From NCBI RefSeq assembly GCF_000315625.1, contig NW_005434529.1, positions 69,154 through 133,153 on the forward strand: a DNA stretch of 64,000 nt, in the 5' to 3' direction. Numbering within the stretch: the stretch's first letter is position 1; every line of letters starts with the position of its first letter. Of the stretch, positions 58,711 through 64,000 are shown in pieces. Made by a program: the position numbers and the translations under genes. The stretch comes from Guillardia theta CCMP2712. Its lineage: Eukaryota; Protista; Cryptophyta. Below the pieces are notes generated by a model. It was not told where the DNA came from and made no database searches. It was given only the letters and a program-made list of their open reading frames with translations.

Positions 58711-61700
58711 TCAGTCTGTCCTCTGTTTGCTGTCAAGGCTGCTTGAAGCGTTAGAATCACAAATGGAGACATTGGAAAGGGAAGATACAGACCTCTCTTG
58801 GGCTTCCTGCGGTTCTTCCATAGCAGTCTCAGACGATTCTACGCGGTCTGTGAGGGGAGGGTGGGCGGAGGCGGAGGAACCTGTTGACTTGATCGACTGC
58901 TCGACGAACTCGGCGATGATGACTCGGAGAGCATGGCAGGGGATGATCTGACGAGACGAGGACGAGGCGCGTGAGCAAGAGGTGGCGGGAGGGAGGGGGA
59001 GGAGACCTGACTTCGATTGACTATCTGGTTCGTCTTGGGGGAGGTAGAGTGATGCCTGAGCCAGCGATCTTGTGGAGCAGGTAAGAAGACGAGGAGTGAG
59101 GACGGGAGGAGACCTATGGCTGCTCGCTCGTACACGTGACCGTCTGTGAGGATGACTGGATCTCTCATAATCTGCAGGGAAGTGAAAGGGGGTGGGGCGG
59201 GAGGAGCATGCGATTACCTCCATGGTGATGGGGCAGAGGTACTCCGTGGGGACCGACAGGCCTCGTTCCTGCATGCGACAGTCAGGTAGAGGTAGGAGAA
59301 GGCCTGTCGAAGTTCAGCGACGACGAGGAGGAGGAGAAGCAGAGGAGATGGGGAAAAGGCGGCAAGAAGAGCAGAAGAAGTGCCTCAAGCAGGGTCTTGA
59401 TCGAGATCTCATTGGCGTCCTCCGCGTCCTCCTTGTCTGGACTGCAAGTCAGGAAAGCAAGCAGACACTTTCATCTCTCACCTGCTGCCTCCGCCTCCTC
59501 CCTATGGGGCTGCGGCTCTTCAGCTTCCAACCCGCTCTCTTCCCTCCTCTCCCTCTCCTCCCTCCTCTCCCTCGGCGGCGTGGAGCTCCTGCCTGCTGCA
59601 CGACCAGGACGAGAGTCTGACGGGAAAAGTCACGGGAAGAGCTGAAGGCGGCAAGGCCGGGAAGAGAAGCGGAGGATGGAAAAGGAAAGAAGAAAATTGG
59701 GGCGAGGTATGGGAGAGGGAGAGGGAGAGGGAGAGGGAGAGGGAGAGGGAGAGGGAGAGGGGGAGGGCGAAGGGGGAAGGGGAGGGAGAGGGGAGGAGAT
59801 GTTGTCTACGAAGGCTCCTTGCCTGTCCTTCTCTCACTCTCTTCCGCATCTTGGGGACCGCACAGTCCCCACACAACGATGGCGAGCTGAAGGGGAAGGA
59901 AGATGCTGTCAAGAAGTGCGCTCGCTTTGCTCTTCTTCTCCTCTCCCGTCTCGATCGCAAACTCCTGCTGCACTCCAGCTGACTTGTTGTGTGCGGGGAC
60001 TGACGTGCTGTTGAGATGGAGAGGCGAAGCGAGGAGAACGAGGCCTCCGCTCTCAAGGAAGGAGCACAACGACAGCTCCGCCGACTGAGATGCTGTGAGG
60101 AGACGGGAGGGAATGGGAGAGGGGAGGGCAGAAAGGAGGCAGAAGAGGAGGAGAAAGGGGGGAGTAGAGGAAGGAGAGGGAGTGTCGAGTACCAGGATCA
60201 AGCCAAGCAGGATGATAGACCGGATCCCTTGCAACACCGACGAGCCGCTTCCTGCCGCCTCCTCCTCTGCAGCAGCCTCCTCCGAATTGATGAGCCTCCC
60301 CCAGCCTCCTCCTCCTCCTGCCACCACCCCCATGTGCTCGCTGCTCCGAATCTGCGGCATCTCAAAGCCCGCGGACCTGCCGGCACGCCAGGAGAGCGGA
60401 GGAGCCTGAGAGCGAAGGGCGAGGAGAAGAGAAGCTGCGAGAAGAGGCAGAGGCGCGCAGGTGACGAGCAGGAGCGGCCCGAAGGCTGAAGCCCACGAAA
60501 GAGACCCACCCCCCAGATAGGCGACGTCGACCTGAAGCCAGGGGTGAGAAAGGGAGGGAGGGAGGCAGGCAGGGAGGGAGGGAGGGAGGCAGGCAGGGAG
60601 GGAGGGAGGGAGGGAGGGAGGGAGGATTGTTCGTGTTCGTGTTACTTGCCATTACTTTGATGATGGCAAAGAGGGAAGCAGAGGAGAGGGCAGCGACGTA
60701 AAGGCCCCACCTGATGAGCGTCAGAGCAGGATGGAAGAGATAGAGAAAGTCTCACTTGACGCCATGCTCGCGCTGGCTCTTTGATAAAAGATGGTGCGAA
60801 GAGAAGAGAAGGGAAGCAGGAGAGGAGGGGAGGGAAGGGAAGAAGGAGATGATGGGGGGGAAGGGAAGAAGGAAATATCAGAAGACCGTTGACGAGGAGC
60901 TGAAGACTCACGGGGGACGGGGGCGCCTCCGACTGAGGAGCCTCGAGATGAGTAGCGAGAGCTGAAGAAAGAAAATGAGAGGGAGAGAAGGAGGGAGGGA
61001 AGAGAGAGGGGGGGAGGAGAAGGTAGGAAGAGAGGCGGGGGGAGAGAGGGGGAGAGAGATGGTGGGGGTGCAAGAGTTTGTACCTGTCATAGCAGAGACA
61101 AGAAGGCAGAAGAAAGAGACAGCGAGAGGAACGAGCAGCTGCGAGCACATCAGGCTTGTCAGTTGCTGGTGCCATCGACCTCCCACTCCTCGCCCGGCCT
61201 GATGAAGTGAATCTGAAGCTGCAGCCCAACCTACAGAATGCTGACAAGGTGGAAGGCAGGAGAGGAAGAGGAGAGGAGGAGGAAAGACATGGGGGAAGCG
61301 AGAAGGAGAGAAGGAGAGAAGGAGGGAGGGAGGGAGGGAGGGAGGGAGGGAGGGAGCAATGCATCCGAATGTTTCTTGTTCTCACCATCATGATGAATCC
61401 TAACCCCAGCGCCTGCTAGTCCATCATAGATGTTCAACAGCAGCAACATGCAAGACCTGCGATAGGGCAGAAGCGATGGAGGAGACTGCGGACCCCCAGT
61501 AGCCGCAGGCGCAGCACCCGTGCTCCACATGCTCCCACTCCCTTCCTCTCCTCCACGCGAGGCGCTCAAGCCTCTCGTTTCTCTCCCTCCTCTCTTCCTC
61601 GTGTTGAGCTCCCAACGCCAGCTCGACCCCAGCGAGCATGCGAGGGATGGAGGAGAGGAAGAGAAGGTAGAGGCCAAAGCTCCAGGGGGGGAAGAGGACA

Positions 61701-61936
61701 ACGAGCCACGGGAGGAAGGGCAGGAGCCCCTTGAGCTTCAGGTAGAGCAGCAGCAGCGAACCGCTCGCGTACAGGCACCTCGTCCTCCGCGAGATTCGCT
61801 GGCCGCTGCCGTAGAGCGCCGATGCCCGCGGTCGTCCTCTTGCTGCACCTGCCTCATCCTGCTCGGGAGGAAGAGGAGGAGGATGCGCGTCATGAAAGGC
61901 GTGCTCCTGCGAGCGCCGAGCCGAGGAGAGGAGCAT
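58711..61936 (-). CDS. Multi-pass membrane U-box E3 ubiquitin ligase (TMEM185-like TM region)
   Basis: U-box VPTEYLCPITME-IMRDPVILTDGHVYERAAI-RWLRHHSTSPKTN-IIPCHALRVII. Upstream TM exons LLLLYLKLKGLLPFLPWLVVLFPPW and VDVAYLGGGSLSWASAFGPLL. Start uncertain. Confidence 0.7.
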
Positions 61937-62097
61937 CAGTGAGGCATGCTCTTGCGTGAGAAGGGGAGAGAAGAGAAGAGGAAGGAGAGGAGTGTGCTTG
62001 CAATAGACAAGTCAGACAGCAGGAAATTGCTTCACTCTCTGAGCTTTCCTGCACAAAAACTTTCAGCTAATCAGATCAAATCATACTGCATGCATTA

Positions 62098-62272
62098 CTG
62101 CCCTCCTGCCCTCCTGCCCTCCTGCCCTCCTGCCCTCCTGCCCTCCTGCCCTCCAGCCCTCCTGCCCTCCTGCCCTCCTGCCCTCCTGCCCTCCTGCCCT
62201 CCTGCCCTCCTGCCCTCCTGCCCTCCTGCCCTCCTGCCCTCCTGCCCTCCTGCCCTCCTGCCCTCCTGCCTG
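62098..62272. repeat. (CCCTCCTG)n 8-bp tandem repeat
   Basis: Direct reading. Confidence 0.92.
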
Positions 62273-62456
62273 CCTCCCGTCCTATGACAAAGACGAAGCA
62301 GCATCGAAATACGGGTGAAACCTCGTCGAACCCGTGGTCTGGATATAGAAAAGGGGGGTGGAAGGGTTGAGGGGTAGGTAGACGAAGTTTCCAGTGTAGT
62401 AGTACGTGGGCATGGGGATGGAGGGAGAGAGGAAGAGAGCAGACGAGGCTGCAGAG

Positions 62457-63630
62457 GATGAAGATGTAGATGTTGGTGCTGATGGTGCTAGTGATGAAGA
62501 TGTAGATGTTGGTGCTGATGGTGCTAGTGATGAAGATGTAGATGTTGGTGCTGATGGTGCTAGCGATGAAGATGTAGATGTTGGTGCTGATGGTGCTAGT
62601 GATGAAGATGAAGATGTTGGTGCTGATGGTGCTAGTGATGAAGATGTAGATGTTGGTGCTGATGGTGCTAGTGATGAAGATGTAGATGTTGGTGCTGATG
62701 GTGCTAGTGATGAAGATGTAGATGTTGGTGCTGATGGTGCTAGTGATGAAGATGTAGATGTTGGTGCTGATGGTGCTAGCGATGAAGATGTAGATGTTGG
62801 TGCTGATGGTGCTAGTGATGAAGATGAAGATGTTGGTGCTGATGGTGCTAGTGATGAAGATGTAGATGTTGGTGCTGATGGTGCTAGTGATGAAGATGTA
62901 GATGTTGGTGCTGATGGTACTAGTGATGAAGATGTAGATGTTGGTGCTGATGGTGCTAGTGATGAAGATGTAGATGTTGGTGCTGATGGTGCTAGCGATG
63001 AAGATGTAGATGTTGGTGCTGATGGTGCTAGCGATGAAGATGTAGATGTTGGTGCTGATGGTACTAGTGATGAAGATGTAGATGTTGGTGCTGATGGTAC
63101 TAGTGATGAAGATGAAGATGTTGGTGCTGATGGTGCTAGTGATGAAGATGTAGATGTTGGTGCTGATGGTGCTAGTGATGAAGATGAAGATGTTGGTGCT
63201 GATGGTACTAGTGACGAAGATGAAGATGTTGGTGCTGATGGTGCTGGTGATGAAGATGTAGATGTTGGTGCTGATGGTGCTAGTGATGAAGATGTAGATG
63301 TTGGTGCTGATGGTGCTAGTGATGAAGATGTAGATGTTGGTGCTGATGGTGCTAGCGATGAAGATGTAGATGTTGGTGCTGATGGTACTAGTGATGAAGA
63401 TGAAGATGTTGGTGCTGATGGTGCTAGTGATGAAGATGTAGATGTTGGTGCTGATGGTGCTAGTGATGAAGATGAAGATGTTGGTGCTGATGGTGCTAGT
63501 NNNNNNNNNNNNNNNNNNNNNNNNNNNNNNNNNNNNNNNNNNNNNNNNNNNNNNNNNNNNNNNNNNNNNNNNNNNNNNNNNNNNNNNNNNNNNNNNNNNN
63601 GATGTTGGTGCTGATGGTGCTAGTGATGAA
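62457..63630. repeat. 36-bp minisatellite (about 29 sequenced copies before a 100-N gap at 63501-63600)
   Basis: Unit GATGAAGATGTAGATGTTGGTGCTGATGGTGCTAGT. Confidence 0.95.
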
Positions 63631-63693
63631 GCAGTGACTGTGATGGTGCGTATCATGAGGGCAGGGAATGATCCTCCAGGTTGTGTTTGCGAG

Positions 63694-63878
63694 TGAACTA
63701 CTCCATGAACTACTCCATGAACTACTCCATGAACTACTCCATGAACTACTCCATGAACTACTCCATGAACTACTCCATGAACTACTCCATGAACTACTCC
63801 ATGAACTACTCCATGAACTACTCCATGAACTACTCCATGAACTACTCCATGAACTACTCCATGAACTACTCCATGAAC
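63694..63878. repeat. (TGAACTACTCCA)n 12-bp tandem repeat, ~15 copies
   Basis: Direct reading. Confidence 0.95.
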
Positions 63879-64000
63879 GCGATGATGGAGTAGCCAAACC
63901 TTGTCTGAAGAAGCTGGAGGCATGGAGTACACCGGGTGTCGAGATGGTCTTAGAGGGCACTTGCTCGATTTCGTTGTCTTGCTTTTGACAAGGATGGAGG

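Noticed and set aside
62076-63932. 618-aa minus-strand repeat protein
   Set aside because: Stitched across three unrelated tandem arrays and an N gap, with no unique protein-like content.

Overview
Eukaryotic nuclear DNA, gene-dense, with short (~45-60 nt) GT-AG introns plus longer introns inflated by microsatellites. The style and the flagellar gene suggest a flagellated alga, probably a cryptophyte such as Guillardia theta (inference). Recognisable genes: UBC9, KRI1 (with an inserted Tudor domain), BioF, a SERCA-type Ca2+-ATPase, NSA2, a tRNA-dihydrouridine synthase, a compact SUZ12/VEFS-box Polycomb subunit, DNAAF11/LRRC6, a gap-truncated mitochondrial carrier and tRNA-Leu(CAG). Unusual multi-domain genes: ankyrin-TM-TPR; PB1-like/TM/alpha-beta-hydrolase/Cys-rich; TMEM185-like/U-box; a decaying GTPase/SecA-like ATPase/vWA gene; and a probable SYCP2/SYCP3-family meiotic axis gene. 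The middle of that last gene is a tandem array amplifying one 59-nt intron six times. The most striking non-coding signal is a set of intergenic CpG-rich islands of overlapping odd-centred palindromes sharing a sequence-independent grammar (n-C-n'-C-n-G-n'-G-n), alongside strand-biased GGGGT(A) islands. All exon structures were read by eye, so gene ends are approximate unless stated.
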